A program made the position numbers and the translations under genes. From a candidate division WOR-3 bacterium (GTDB taxonomy: Bacteria; Hydrothermota; Tepidihabitantia; SM23-42; JAOAFX01), in NCBI GenBank assembly GCA_039802205.1, contig JBDRWD010000003.1, positions 11,388 through 75,387 on the forward strand: 64,000 nucleotides of DNA. The letters run 5' to 3'. Positions 47,856 to 57,239 of this stretch are shown one piece after another (position 1 is the first letter of the stretch; every line of letters begins with the position of its first letter). The notes beneath the pieces are model-generated. The model saw nothing but the letters and a program-made list of their open reading frames with translations. It was not told the DNA's origin and did not search any database.

Positions 47856-49859
47856 ATGGAAATGGTTGAGGAAAAAAAACGTCTTGAGCTTTTAAGCCGT
47901 ATTGACCACATTTTGGGCTCCTCATTCAATTTGAGCAAAGTCATCCGGATGATTTACAGAGAAATCAGCAAAGTGATGGATACAAGTAATTTCTATATTG
48001 CACTTTATAACCCCAAAACCCAGACAATTAAATTTGAAATTTATACGATTGAAGGAAGAGAGATTAATCCTATTTCGCGACCCCTTTCGGGAGGGCTTAC
48101 CGAATATGTCATAAAGACCAAAAAGCCACTGCTGATTAATAAAGACCTCAAGAAGTATTGTAGGAAACTTGGTATTACGCCCCAGGGCCGCGATGCCTAT
48201 AGCTGGCTTGGTGTCCCCATGATTTATAAAGGGAATGTTGAAGGGGTAATGACAGTTCAGGATTACGAAAGAGAAAATGCTTATACCTGGGAAGATGAGT
48301 TATTTTTAAGTAATATTGCCACTAAAGCCGCAGTGGTGATTGCCAACACCCGGCTTGTGGAAGAGGAGATACGCAGGGCAAAAGAACTTGAGATGTTAAA
48401 TAAGATAGTGCATCGTCTGACAAAAAGTCTTGATATCCAAGATATTTGCGAAAGCGTTGCGGATTCGATATTGGAATTTTTTAAGCAATTCAATGTAGCA
48501 GTATTCTTACGCGAAGGTGAAGAGTTGGTTTTAAAAAAAATTTCCCGGGGATTTTTAGATAAGATACCGAAAGATTTACGAATAAAAATGGGGCAGGGGA
48601 TAGTGGGTTCTTCGGCAGTAACGGGTGCCACCGTGGTGGTAAATGATGTAACTACAAACCACAGGTATATTGCATTTGGACGAACTTCTACCAGATCCGA
48701 GATAGCAATTCCCTTAAAAATTCATAAAAAACTAATGGGTGTTCTCGATATTCAATGTAATGAGCTGAATGCTTTTGACCCAGAGACGGTGCGCATTTTG
48801 GAATTGATTGCGGACCGTGTGAGTGTGGCATTTCATAATGCGATACTTTATGAAGAAGCGATTGCTCGAACACGGGAATTGACGACTTCTTTCACCATTG
48901 CCCAGTCTTTAGTCTCGACCTTGGAACTTGATGATGTGCTTAAGCGCATTCTTGATTGCATACGCAAAAACTTCGGTTATGAAAACTGCGCTATTTTGCT
49001 CGTTGATAAAAAAACTAATGAACTCTATGTTCAGGCTTCCAGCGGCTATCCCGAATATGTAACAAAAAACATCCGACTTAACATCACAAGAAAAGAAGGA
49101 GTTACCGGTTATGTGGCGGCGACCGGGAAACTCTATTATGTGCCAGACGTTAGAAAATGTCCCTTTTATGTAATGGGCAAAAAAACTATTAAATCCGAAG
49201 CTGCAATTCCCCTGATTGTCCGGGGTGAGGTGATAGGAGTGTTGGACATCGAAAGCGAAAGATTGAATGGGTTTACAGCTAATGATCTTAAGATGCTCAC
49301 GGTATTCGCTTCCCAGGCCGCAATCGCGATTGAGAATGCCCGGCTCTATAACGAGACAAAAGAGATGTCATTAACGGATTCCCTGACCAAAATTGCCAAC
49401 CGCCGGCACTTTGATTTAATATTGGAAAATGAAATCAAAAGAGGCAGGGGTTATGCCCGATATGTGAGTTTGGCGATGATTGATTTAGACCATTTTAAAG
49501 AATTCAACGATAAATATGGGCATCTGGCTGGAGATCAGCTTCTGATTTCCATTGCTGCCAAATTAAAAAACACGGTGCGGGAGACCGACCTCGTTGCCCG
49601 GTATGGGGGTGAGGAATTTGCCATTATTTTTCCGGAGACGCCAAATAGTGCCGCAATTAAGGTGTGTGAGAGGGTGCGGACAGCAGTGGAAAATAATTAT
49701 ATAATTCTAAAAAAATTCGGCAAGGTGGGAACCACCGTTTCAATCGGTCTGGCTACTTATCCTCAATCTGCCCAAAATGCCCAGGAATTGATACAAAAGG
49801 CAGACCGTGCACTGTACATGGCAAAAAGACTTGGGCGAAATCGCGTGGAAACGATTTAA
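47856..49859 (+). CDS. Multi-GAF diguanylate cyclase (GGDEF)
   Basis: 667 aa. Three GAF-like segments are followed by DSLTKIANRRHF...RETDLVARYGGEEFAIIF. The active site is GGEEF, and an RxxD I-site lies 5 residues upstream. Confidence 0.85.
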   Translation: MEMVEEKKRLELLSRIDHILGSSFNLSKVIRMIYREISKVMDTSNFYIALYNPKTQTIKFEIYTIEGREINPISRPLSGGLTEYVIKTKKPLLINKDLKKYCRKLGITPQGRDAYSWLGVPMIYKGNVEGVMTVQDYERENAYTWEDELFLSNIATKAAVVIANTRLVEEEIRRAKELEMLNKIVHRLTKSLDIQDICESVADSILEFFKQFNVAVFLREGEELVLKKISRGFLDKIPKDLRIKMGQGIVGSSAVTGATVVVNDVTTNHRYIAFGRTSTRSEIAIPLKIHKKLMGVLDIQCNELNAFDPETVRILELIADRVSVAFHNAILYEEAIARTRELTTSFTIAQSLVSTLELDDVLKRILDCIRKNFGYENCAILLVDKKTNELYVQASSGYPEYVTKNIRLNITRKEGVTGYVAATGKLYYVPDVRKCPFYVMGKKTIKSEAAIPLIVRGEVIGVLDIESERLNGFTANDLKMLTVFASQAAIAIENARLYNETKEMSLTDSLTKIANRRHFDLILENEIKRGRGYARYVSLAMIDLDHFKEFNDKYGHLAGDQLLISIAAKLKNTVRETDLVARYGGEEFAIIFPETPNSAAIKVCERVRTAVENNYIILKKFGKVGTTVSIGLATYPQSAQNAQELIQKADRALYMAKRLGRNRVETI

Positions 49860-49891
49860 ACCACATCGCTCTTGATTATCCACTGGGAGAG

Positions 49892-51463
49892 ATGAAATTT
49901 AATAAAATCTTTTCTTCACTGCAGAGCCAAAATATGAAATATTCGCTGGTGTTGATAGTTATTTGGATTTTACTCCGGATTTTTCTGGAAGGTATCTTTG
50001 AAGAGCCCCACCGAATCGGCTATACAAGTTTTTCATATCCGGCACTATTGATGTATTTCCTCCATTTTCCCCTGTTTTATCTGAGCGCTTTTCTTTTTAT
50101 CACAATAATAATTTCGTTGTTAATCGGTGAAGACATTAGAACGACTACCAGGATCAATACGTTGGGGTTAGGCTTGATAATCCTTGTTCCCCTTATTGAT
50201 GCACTTCGCTATGGTGGGTGTTATATCACCTATCCTTTAAGGTTGGAAAGGTATTTTTTGCATTTTTTGAATCCATTTGTCACGCTGATCGATATCGGCA
50301 TCTCCGAGGGTCAGCGGATTGTTGTCGTTTTGATTTGTTTTCTATCCGGGATATACGGTTACCTGCGGACAAAAAAAATATTTCGCGCCATTATTATCAT
50401 CCTTACCGTTTTTGGGGCAATATTATTCTGGGGTGGGCTTCCCACGATTCTGGCACAAAACCATCCAGAGACGGTATATCAAAACGGTGGAATTCTGAAT
50501 AGCGATACGCAGAAATTTTGTGGTATTTATCTGATACTTTTTATTGTTCTGTTTGGCGTTTATAACTATTTTCTAGACAGAAGAAATTTCTCCCTACTTC
50601 TTGCTTCAATACGCTGGGAAAGAATGGCTTTTTATGGTTTGGTTGCTCTTATGGGATTTTTCCTTGCCAACCGTGTCGAACAGATATATCAGGCGGAGGT
50701 CCCTCTCAATATTTTGGGTCTTTTTTTAATTTTTCTGGGACCGGCATTAGGATTCTGGACACTGCAGATTCTTAACGATTTCTATGATCAAAACATCGAT
50801 TCGATATCCCAGCGCGATAATCCTTTATTACTCGGTATCACGAAAGGGTATTACCGGAATGCCGGTATTATCCTTTCTTTGATTACCATCGCTATTGCAT
50901 TAATCCTAAGTTATCCAGCATTCCTGATTATTAAGGTTTTTTTAATTCTGGGGGTTGTTTATTCGCTACCACCACTCCGGTTAAAAAGGCTTCCTTTTAT
51001 TTCAACATTTGTGCTTGCACTGGCAGTGCTATTCATGTTTGCATTCGGCTGGTCAATTGTTTATCAAGATATGGCATTTCAAAAGATACCTAAAAACTTT
51101 ATTTATGCGTTACTGATCGGTGTGACAATCGGTTTCAGTGCCAAAGACATAAATGATATCGCCGGCGACCGGCAGAACGGAATCATAACACTTCCAATAC
51201 TTTTTTATAAAGACGCAAGTCCTTGGGATCGTTTGCCTTACAGTCTGCTATTAAGTTTTAGTTTTGTCCCATTTGCGTTCTTCATGCCTAGGACATGGGT
51301 AGGAACGGTGATTGCTTCCATGCTTACGTTTTTTTATTCTCTTTTAAAAAAGAGGCCAAAAGAAATTGCTTACTGGGCAATTTTATATGGCTTTAGTTTA
51401 TATTTGTTTTTACACTGGTGGTTCACAAAAGGTCTATTGATACCGGGCAATGATTGCTTCTAA
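49892..51463 (+). CDS. UbiA-family prenyltransferase with an extra N-terminal polytopic membrane domain
   Basis: 523 aa. NDFYDQNIDSISQRDNP and KDINDIAGDRQNG lie in the C-terminal half. The N-terminal 260 aa or so are additional TM helices. Confidence 0.65.
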   Translation: MKFNKIFSSLQSQNMKYSLVLIVIWILLRIFLEGIFEEPHRIGYTSFSYPALLMYFLHFPLFYLSAFLFITIIISLLIGEDIRTTTRINTLGLGLIILVPLIDALRYGGCYITYPLRLERYFLHFLNPFVTLIDIGISEGQRIVVVLICFLSGIYGYLRTKKIFRAIIIILTVFGAILFWGGLPTILAQNHPETVYQNGGILNSDTQKFCGIYLILFIVLFGVYNYFLDRRNFSLLLASIRWERMAFYGLVALMGFFLANRVEQIYQAEVPLNILGLFLIFLGPALGFWTLQILNDFYDQNIDSISQRDNPLLLGITKGYYRNAGIILSLITIAIALILSYPAFLIIKVFLILGVVYSLPPLRLKRLPFISTFVLALAVLFMFAFGWSIVYQDMAFQKIPKNFIYALLIGVTIGFSAKDINDIAGDRQNGIITLPILFYKDASPWDRLPYSLLLSFSFVPFAFFMPRTWVGTVIASMLTFFYSLLKKRPKEIAYWAILYGFSLYLFLHWWFTKGLLIPGNDCF

Positions 51464-53746
51464 TTCTTCTGGATCTTGAATAAGTACCTTACGAGATTTA
51501 CTCCCCTGGAATGGCTCTACGATGCCTGCCGCTTCAAGTTGATCAATGATGCGGCCCGCACGGGCATAACCCAGATTCAAGCGGCGCTGTAATAATGAGA
51601 CACTTGCTACCTGATGCCGGAAAACCAACCGGGCAGCCTCCGGAAACATAGGATCCACTTCGCCTTCGCCAATTTCGGTACTGGTAGTCTCTTCAGGTAC
51701 CACTTCACCCAGTTTCGGGTAATAGCCGTTTTCTATAATCTCATCAATTTTTTCTCCTGGCATGATGTTCATCAACGATTTCTTTTTTTCCTCAAAAGCC
51801 GGATCTTCCTGGTCGATGAAAACCGTCCAGAGCTCTTCATCAAGAATTGTATTTACCACTTCTTCCAGGTCTTCTTCCAGGTCTTTGAGTAGTTCATATA
51901 AATACTGCCGGGCAATCAAGCGACTGATACCGCAGACTTCGTCGGTAGAAATGTAGGCACCATGTAAACGAATCGGGGTGCCCTTTCCGGGCGGCAAAAA
52001 AAGCATATCACCCCGGCCCAAGAGCGATTCTGCACCATTCATATCCAGAATGGTTCTGGAATCGGTTTTAGAAGCAACCTGGAAGGCAATCCGACAGGGA
52101 AAATTCGCTTTGATCAAACCGGTGATTACATCCACCGAGGGACGTTGAGTAGCCAGAATCAGGTGGATCCCTACCGCCCTTGACATCTGGGCAAGGCGGG
52201 TGATATTCTCTTCGATTTCACTGGGCGCGGTGAGCATCAGATCAGCAAGTTCGTCAACGATCACCACGATATAGGGTTTGATATCACCGTTTTTCTTGCG
52301 CATCTTTTCGTTGTAGCCATCGATGTCACGGACATTCTCACGGGCAAAATCTCGGTAGCGAGACTCCATTATCTCCACTAGGGATTCCAATTCATCTACT
52401 GCATCCTTGGGTTCGGTGATGGCGCGGCGTAAAAGATGGGGGATGGGATTATACATCGGTAACTCAAGGCGCTTGGGGTCAATCATTAAAAAACGCACAT
52501 CCCGATATGTCGCATGATATAAAAGGCTGGCAATGATTGTATTGATGCAGACGCTTTTCCCCGAGCCGGTGGTTCCTGCCACCAGCATGTGGGGCATGGT
52601 GGAGATATCATCACTAACTGGATTGCCGGTGATATCTTCGCCCAGCACAATTGCGAGGGGAGAAGGGTTGTTATTAAAATTTGGGTCCAAAAGACAGCTT
52701 TTCAAATATACAAGACTCCGTTCTCTATTAGGTACTTCAATCCCCACTGCCGATTTTCCAGGGATGGGCGCAACTATTCTTACCCGCGTCGCCTTTAAAG
52801 CGAGAGCCAGGTCATTATCTAAACTTGCAATTCGACTCACCTTTATACCAGGTGCAGGTTCAAATTCAAACCGGGTGATTACCGGACCGGATTCAAAGTT
52901 GACAACCTTACCCTGGACATCGAATTCAGCAAGACGCTGTTCAAGGATTTCCGCCTCTTTCCTTAAAATCTCGGTATCAACCCCGATTTTTTTGGTGGGT
53001 TCAGCGAGAATCTTTAAAAATTCAGTTTTAAAATCAAGGCGTGGAGATTCCCTTTTTTTCGGAACTTTTCCGGTTCTTCTTTTCTCCTCTTCGGATTTCT
53101 CCTTTTCTTCTTTTTCGATCTTCTCCTCAACCTTGCTGGATGGTTCAACGATGGGGGTCACACGGGGTGTTTGAACCCGAGAGGTTGTTGAAGATTTATG
53201 GGGGATGATAAATCTTTTCATAGCCATAAAGGCAATGATGAGGAGACCAAAGATGATTATTATATAGGTACCGGGGTAGCCGAAAAATTTAATCAGAAAA
53301 TCTTTGATGATATCCCCAATAAAGCCACCACCTGAAATATCAGTCAAAGGGCTCCATTTTAGAAACAGCGAAAGGATGATGTCGGTCAAAACACCAATTG
53401 GTATTAAGTATAAGAGATGATAACCATCTTTTCTTTCGTTTTCAAAAAGGTAGAGATAACCAAAGTACCAAAGAAGTCCGGGGATGACGAAGAGATAGAG
53501 ACCGATCACGGAGAATAACCAGCGGGAGATATGATATCCGAAGAGCCCCCCGAAATTTTTATCTTGTTTTTCCGGGAAGATTAAAAAAGAAATTTGTGAA
53601 ATGAAAAAGAGAACGCCCAAAAAAAAGGCGATGATTCCGGTTAATTTCCTCCTCTTTTTTTCTTCAAGATACTGGGCGATATAAATAAGGACAGTACAAG
53701 CAAACCCCAGCACTATCACGGCAATGACCAATGTCAGAATGGACAT
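51434..53746 (-). CDS. ftsK: DNA translocase FtsK/SpoIIIE
   Basis: 770 aa. N-terminal TM helices, a charged linker, VAGTTGSGKSVCIN, VVIVDELADL and a C-terminal winged-helix gamma domain (SVSLLQRRLNLGYARAGRIIDQLE). Confidence 0.9.
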   Translation of the reverse strand: MSILTLVIAVIVLGFACTVLIYIAQYLEEKKRRKLTGIIAFFLGVLFFISQISFLIFPEKQDKNFGGLFGYHISRWLFSVIGLYLFVIPGLLWYFGYLYLFENERKDGYHLLYLIPIGVLTDIILSLFLKWSPLTDISGGGFIGDIIKDFLIKFFGYPGTYIIIIFGLLIIAFMAMKRFIIPHKSSTTSRVQTPRVTPIVEPSSKVEEKIEKEEKEKSEEEKRRTGKVPKKRESPRLDFKTEFLKILAEPTKKIGVDTEILRKEAEILEQRLAEFDVQGKVVNFESGPVITRFEFEPAPGIKVSRIASLDNDLALALKATRVRIVAPIPGKSAVGIEVPNRERSLVYLKSCLLDPNFNNNPSPLAIVLGEDITGNPVSDDISTMPHMLVAGTTGSGKSVCINTIIASLLYHATYRDVRFLMIDPKRLELPMYNPIPHLLRRAITEPKDAVDELESLVEIMESRYRDFARENVRDIDGYNEKMRKKNGDIKPYIVVIVDELADLMLTAPSEIEENITRLAQMSRAVGIHLILATQRPSVDVITGLIKANFPCRIAFQVASKTDSRTILDMNGAESLLGRGDMLFLPPGKGTPIRLHGAYISTDEVCGISRLIARQYLYELLKDLEEDLEEVVNTILDEELWTVFIDQEDPAFEEKKKSLMNIMPGEKIDEIIENGYYPKLGEVVPEETTSTEIGEGEVDPMFPEAARLVFRHQVASVSLLQRRLNLGYARAGRIIDQLEAAGIVEPFQGSKSRKVLIQDPEELEAIIARYQ

Positions 53747-53751
53747 ATTTT

Positions 53752-53779
53752 ATTTTATCTAAAATCGTATACTTGTCAA
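53752..53779 (-). promoter_or_regulatory. sigma70-type promoter (leaderless layout) of ftsK
   Basis: On the reverse strand: TTGACA, 16 nt, TAAAAT, then 5 nt to the ATG at 53746. Confidence 0.5.
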
Positions 53780-53803
53780 GAATTTAATGCACAATGAGGT
53801 AAA

Positions 53804-54376
53804 TCAAAAGAGTTTTTTCCCCCATTCGTTATACGAGACGATCTCCTTAAGTTCTTTTCTCGGACGGGGTTTGATGCCGCCTATACCTTCAGGGGTTGAG
53901 GGTTCTGCCGGATAACCCAGGGCAATGAGCATCGCAATTCGGTAATGGGCAGGAATTTTCAAAAGTTTTTTTAGATGTTTTTCATTGAACCAGCCCACAA
54001 AGCAGGTGCCGATTCCCAGTTCGGTGGCTTCCAGAACCATATGGGTCATAGCAATTGAGATATCGATCAAGTGATTCTCGTGCCCATATAATCGGGCAAG
54101 GAAATGGGTGAGTGCCTGCGTATAGCAACCAACAATTACCAAAGGGGCTTCTTTTATCCAAGAAATAATGCTCTTTGTTCCCGGGACAACCTTTTCTGGG
54201 ATTTGCCTAATTAAGCCTTCATCTTCCACCACGACAAAATGCCATGCCTGTCGATTGCTGGATGAGGGAGCGAGCCGACCGGCTTCAAGGATTCTTAGGA
54301 GTTTTTCCCTTTCAATTTTTTGGGATGAAAATTTTCTTATGCTTCTACGCCACTTAATAGTTTCAAATACTTCCAT
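53804..54376 (-). CDS. Nitroreductase-family protein
   Basis: 190 aa. RRSIRKF...LEAGRLAPSSSNRQAWHFVVV. Confidence 0.8.
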   Translation of the reverse strand: MEVFETIKWRRSIRKFSSQKIEREKLLRILEAGRLAPSSSNRQAWHFVVVEDEGLIRQIPEKVVPGTKSIISWIKEAPLVIVGCYTQALTHFLARLYGHENHLIDISIAMTHMVLEATELGIGTCFVGWFNEKHLKKLLKIPAHYRIAMLIALGYPAEPSTPEGIGGIKPRPRKELKEIVSYNEWGKKLF

Positions 54377-54411
54377 TCGATGTTAGGTTTTACTCTTATT
54401 ATCTTTTTGTT

Positions 54412-54705
54412 TTAAGGCTTCGTCCTTTCCATTATAATATTTTTGAATACTTTTGACGGCCGGAAAAAGGGAACATACCGATCAGGAAGGGTGAATTCCT
54501 TGCCGGTTTTGGGCGCCCGCGAGGTCCGGCCGGGGCGTCTCCGCAATTCAAATGTGCCAAATTTTCTAATTTCTATCCTTTTTTCCTTCACCAGGGTTTC
54601 AATGATAAAGTCAATAAAGGCATCAATAAGTTTTTCAATATCCACTTTGGGATATATAGAACCAAATTTTGCCGATATTGCTTCAATTAATTGGTCACGG
54701 CGCAT
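54412..54705 (-). CDS. HU/IHF-family DNA-binding protein
   Basis: 97 aa. FGTFELRRRPGRTSRAPKTGKEFTLPDRYVPFFRPSK is the beta-arm with the conserved Pro. Confidence 0.85.
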   Translation of the reverse strand: MRRDQLIEAISAKFGSIYPKVDIEKLIDAFIDFIIETLVKEKRIEIRKFGTFELRRRPGRTSRAPKTGKEFTLPDRYVPFFRPSKVFKNIIMERTKP

Positions 54706-54720
54706 TTTTACCTCCTATTT

Positions 54721-54948
54721 TTATTTACATCCGGCGCAGGTTGTGCGCTGGCATCCACTACAGGCACTTTTGGGACCGATACTCTCTCCATTGGTCCCCT
54801 TGCTCCCGAAACCAAATATTGAAAACAATTTTTCAATATTTTTGCTTGAGCACTGTGGACACCGGATATTTTCTATTTCGCTTTTCTTTAATATCAGTTC
54901 TTCAAATTTAAAATTACAATCACAACAGCGGAATTCAAAAACAGGCAT
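54721..54948 (-). CDS. FmdB-family zinc-ribbon protein
   Basis: 75 aa. MPVFEFRCCDCNFKFE...CPQCSS, plus a Cys-rich tail. Confidence 0.8.
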   Translation of the reverse strand: MPVFEFRCCDCNFKFEELILKKSEIENIRCPQCSSKNIEKLFSIFGFGSKGTNGESIGPKSACSGCQRTTCAGCK

Positions 54949-54950
54949 GT

Positions 54951-55118
54951 TCAGATACCGATTTGTCGCTTGCGGCGTTTGGTTTTACGCCGTTCGGTCC
55001 AGGAACGGCGGTCGTGGGGACCTAGTTTACCTTCTTCAATCAATTTACGAAATTCCTCTTCCGTTAGGAGCCGCCTTCGTTCCCCTTTTCTCCGTTCTGG
55101 ATTTTTTCTTTTTTCCAT
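54951..55118 (-). CDS. Possible 55-aa Arg/Lys-rich microprotein
   Basis: Hand-translated as MEKRKNPERRKGERRRLLTEEEFRKLIEEGKLGPHDRRSWTERRKTKRRKRQIGI*. It lies between tRNA-fMet and the FmdB gene on the same strand. No convincing Shine-Dalgarno sequence. It is below the track cutoff. Confidence 0.35.
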   Translation of the reverse strand: MEKRKNPERRKGERRRLLTEEEFRKLIEEGKLGPHDRRSWTERRKTKRRKRQIGI

Positions 55119-55134
55119 ATATATCCTTTTTTAA

Positions 55135-55206
<72 letters not shown>

Positions 55207-55213
55207 CTGGTCA

Positions 55214-55241
55214 ATTATAACCAAAATCGAAAAAATGTCAA
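55214..55241 (-). promoter_or_regulatory. sigma70-type promoter abutting the initiator tRNA
   Basis: On the reverse strand: TTGACA, 16 nt, TATAAT. Only 7 nt separate the -10 box from the mature 5' nucleotide (55206). Confidence 0.55.
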
Positions 55242-55280
55242 GAGTTTTGCAGGAATCAACAATAGAATGTGAAATTAGAA

Positions 55281-56552
55281 TCAGAAAGGATTCAATATTT
55301 CCTTTATCCTCGGCAAATTGACCGGTGGGGGCATCCGAAATTGAATAACCCCGCTCAACTTTTGGTGCATAATTAATAGTCCGATGAATTCGCTCAGAAA
55401 TATTGCTAATGCCACACCAGTTCCTTTGAAAAGATAGCCGAGGACCGGTATCATCAGCAAATTCATTAGGGCAATCAAAAAGATAACTTTAAAAAATTTT
55501 CTCTCTTGGTTAAGGGCCACTAGTGCATAACCCCAGAGGGTGTTGAGAGGTGCAGTGATAAAATAAAGCAAAAGGATCCTCAACACCGGGGTAGCCGCTA
55601 TAAAGTTGGTCCCATAAATCAATCCAATTATTTTGGAAGCAAATATTCCGACACCCAGTGCAACGATGAGCGTAATCACCATAAGTGTAAGGGTAAAAAG
55701 TTCGATTATTAACGGAAGATGAGCAGGATTTTTTTTGCTCGCACGTGAAAGAATTGGAAAAACAAGATAATAAAATACCCGCTCGATGATCAACAATAAA
55801 AGCACTATCTTAAAACCCGCACTGAAAAGACCAACTTCTTTTTCACCATATAGCATTCTAAGCCAGATGGTGGGAAGATTGAATACTGCCTGATAAATGA
55901 TGGTTGCCAATCCAATAGGTAGGGCTGCGGATAACAGATTGGCGAATGCCGAAAAGTTGAACAAAACATATAGCCTTTTATATCTTTTGATAAAGAAAAA
56001 AATGAGCAATATTGTGGCAATTGTGTATCCGGCGAAAAAAGCTATGGGTATGGTAAGAATCTGTTTTGGGTTCCGGAGCAATATAAGAATGAAAATCAGA
56101 TAACCCAGACTCTGGATTATTTTACCGGTTGCGACGATTCCCATCTCTTCCCGCGCTTGAAAGACAAATTCAAGATTAAAGGCATAGGGTATCCCGGTAA
56201 AGAGATAAAACAGGATTACCGTTTTAACCTGGGTGGTTCCTGGGATCACGGTAAGCAAAGAAAGGAAAAAAATGAAAAGGAGAAGTGTTAGCGTAAACCT
56301 CGCTCCGGTGATTGTGCCAATTAGTGTATTGTCATTTTGTTCCCGGGAGACTTCCCGGGTACCGAGCGTTGTAAATCCGATATTGCTGAAGAGCAAAAGG
56401 TAGGTAAGGAAAGCCAGGGAATAATTTATCAAACCAAAACCTTCCACACCCAAGATACGGGCGATATAGGCGTTTGTAATAAATCCGAACAAGTGGCTTA
56501 ATCCCTCGCCAAAAAAGAGCCTGACAAAATTTTTAGATATTTTGTCCATCAT
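55281..56552 (-). CDS. Polysaccharide/oligosaccharide flippase (MOP/Wzx family)
   Basis: 423 aa and about 12 TM helices. The N-terminus NFVRLFFGEGLSHLFGFITNAYIARILGVEGFG is typical of the family. Confidence 0.7.
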   Translation of the reverse strand: MMDKISKNFVRLFFGEGLSHLFGFITNAYIARILGVEGFGLINYSLAFLTYLLLFSNIGFTTLGTREVSREQNDNTLIGTITGARFTLTLLLFIFFLSLLTVIPGTTQVKTVILFYLFTGIPYAFNLEFVFQAREEMGIVATGKIIQSLGYLIFILILLRNPKQILTIPIAFFAGYTIATILLIFFFIKRYKRLYVLFNFSAFANLLSAALPIGLATIIYQAVFNLPTIWLRMLYGEKEVGLFSAGFKIVLLLLIIERVFYYLVFPILSRASKKNPAHLPLIIELFTLTLMVITLIVALGVGIFASKIIGLIYGTNFIAATPVLRILLLYFITAPLNTLWGYALVALNQERKFFKVIFLIALMNLLMIPVLGYLFKGTGVALAIFLSEFIGLLIMHQKLSGVIQFRMPPPVNLPRIKEILNPF

Positions 56553-56573
56553 CTCCGATTAAATAAAAAATTT

Positions 56574-57239
56574 TTACTTTTTTGTCTTTTTCTCGTATGG
56601 GCAGAGTTGGTTTAAGGCACAAATGGGGCAGTTTGGATTTTTGGCGGTACAGATGTATCGGCCAAAGAGCACAAGCCCATTGGCGATAAACTGCCAGTCT
56701 TTTTCTGGAAAAATCTTTGCCAGGTCCTGTTCGATCTTTTCAGCTTCCTTTGCCCGGCTTAATTTCAACCGCTCGGTGGTAACCCTTATGACATGGGTAT
56801 CAACGACAATTGCCGGTTTCCCGAAGGCGTTGACCAAGACAGCGGAAGCAGTCTTCCGACCTACTCCCGGAAGCTGGGTGAGTTCTTCAATCGTTGCAGG
56901 TATTTTGCCGTGAAACTTTTCTACGATGACCTGGGCGCATTTTTTTATTAAAGCGGATTTCCTCCTGAAAAATCCGAGAGGTTTGATTATTTTGCATAAA
57001 TCAGCCATGTCGGCATGGGCAAGTTTTTCAGGTGTGGGATATTTAGAAAAAAGCATTGGTGTCACTTCGTTTACTTTTTTATCAGTAGTCTGGGCGGATA
57101 AAAGAACGGCAATCAGCAGTTCAAATTCATTTTTATAATTTAATTCAATCCGGGGTTCTGGAAAATGTTTTTTTATGCCTGCAATTATCTTTTCGGCAAT
57201 TAATTTTTTATCTTTTTCCATCATTTTCCTCCATTTCAA
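56574..57239 (-). CDS. nth: Endonuclease III
   Basis: LIAVLLSAQTTDKKVN, the HhH element LPGVGRKTA, VDTHV and the 4Fe-4S motif CTAKNPNCPICALNQLC. The start is uncertain (Met codons at 57239, 57224 and 57221). Confidence 0.85.
   Translation of the reverse strand: MKWRKMMEKDKKLIAEKIIAGIKKHFPEPRIELNYKNEFELLIAVLLSAQTTDKKVNEVTPMLFSKYPTPEKLAHADMADLCKIIKPLGFFRRKSALIKKCAQVIVEKFHGKIPATIEELTQLPGVGRKTASAVLVNAFGKPAIVVDTHVIRVTTERLKLSRAKEAEKIEQDLAKIFPEKDWQFIANGLVLFGRYICTAKNPNCPICALNQLCPYEKKTKK

Noticed and set aside
52533-53174. 213-aa plus-strand ORF inside ftsK. Many other 60-150-aa ORFs lie antisense to rpoD, lpd, dnaG and the enolase fusion.
   Set aside because: The opposite-strand genes have unambiguous family motifs over the same coordinates. 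The antisense ORFs show no motifs.
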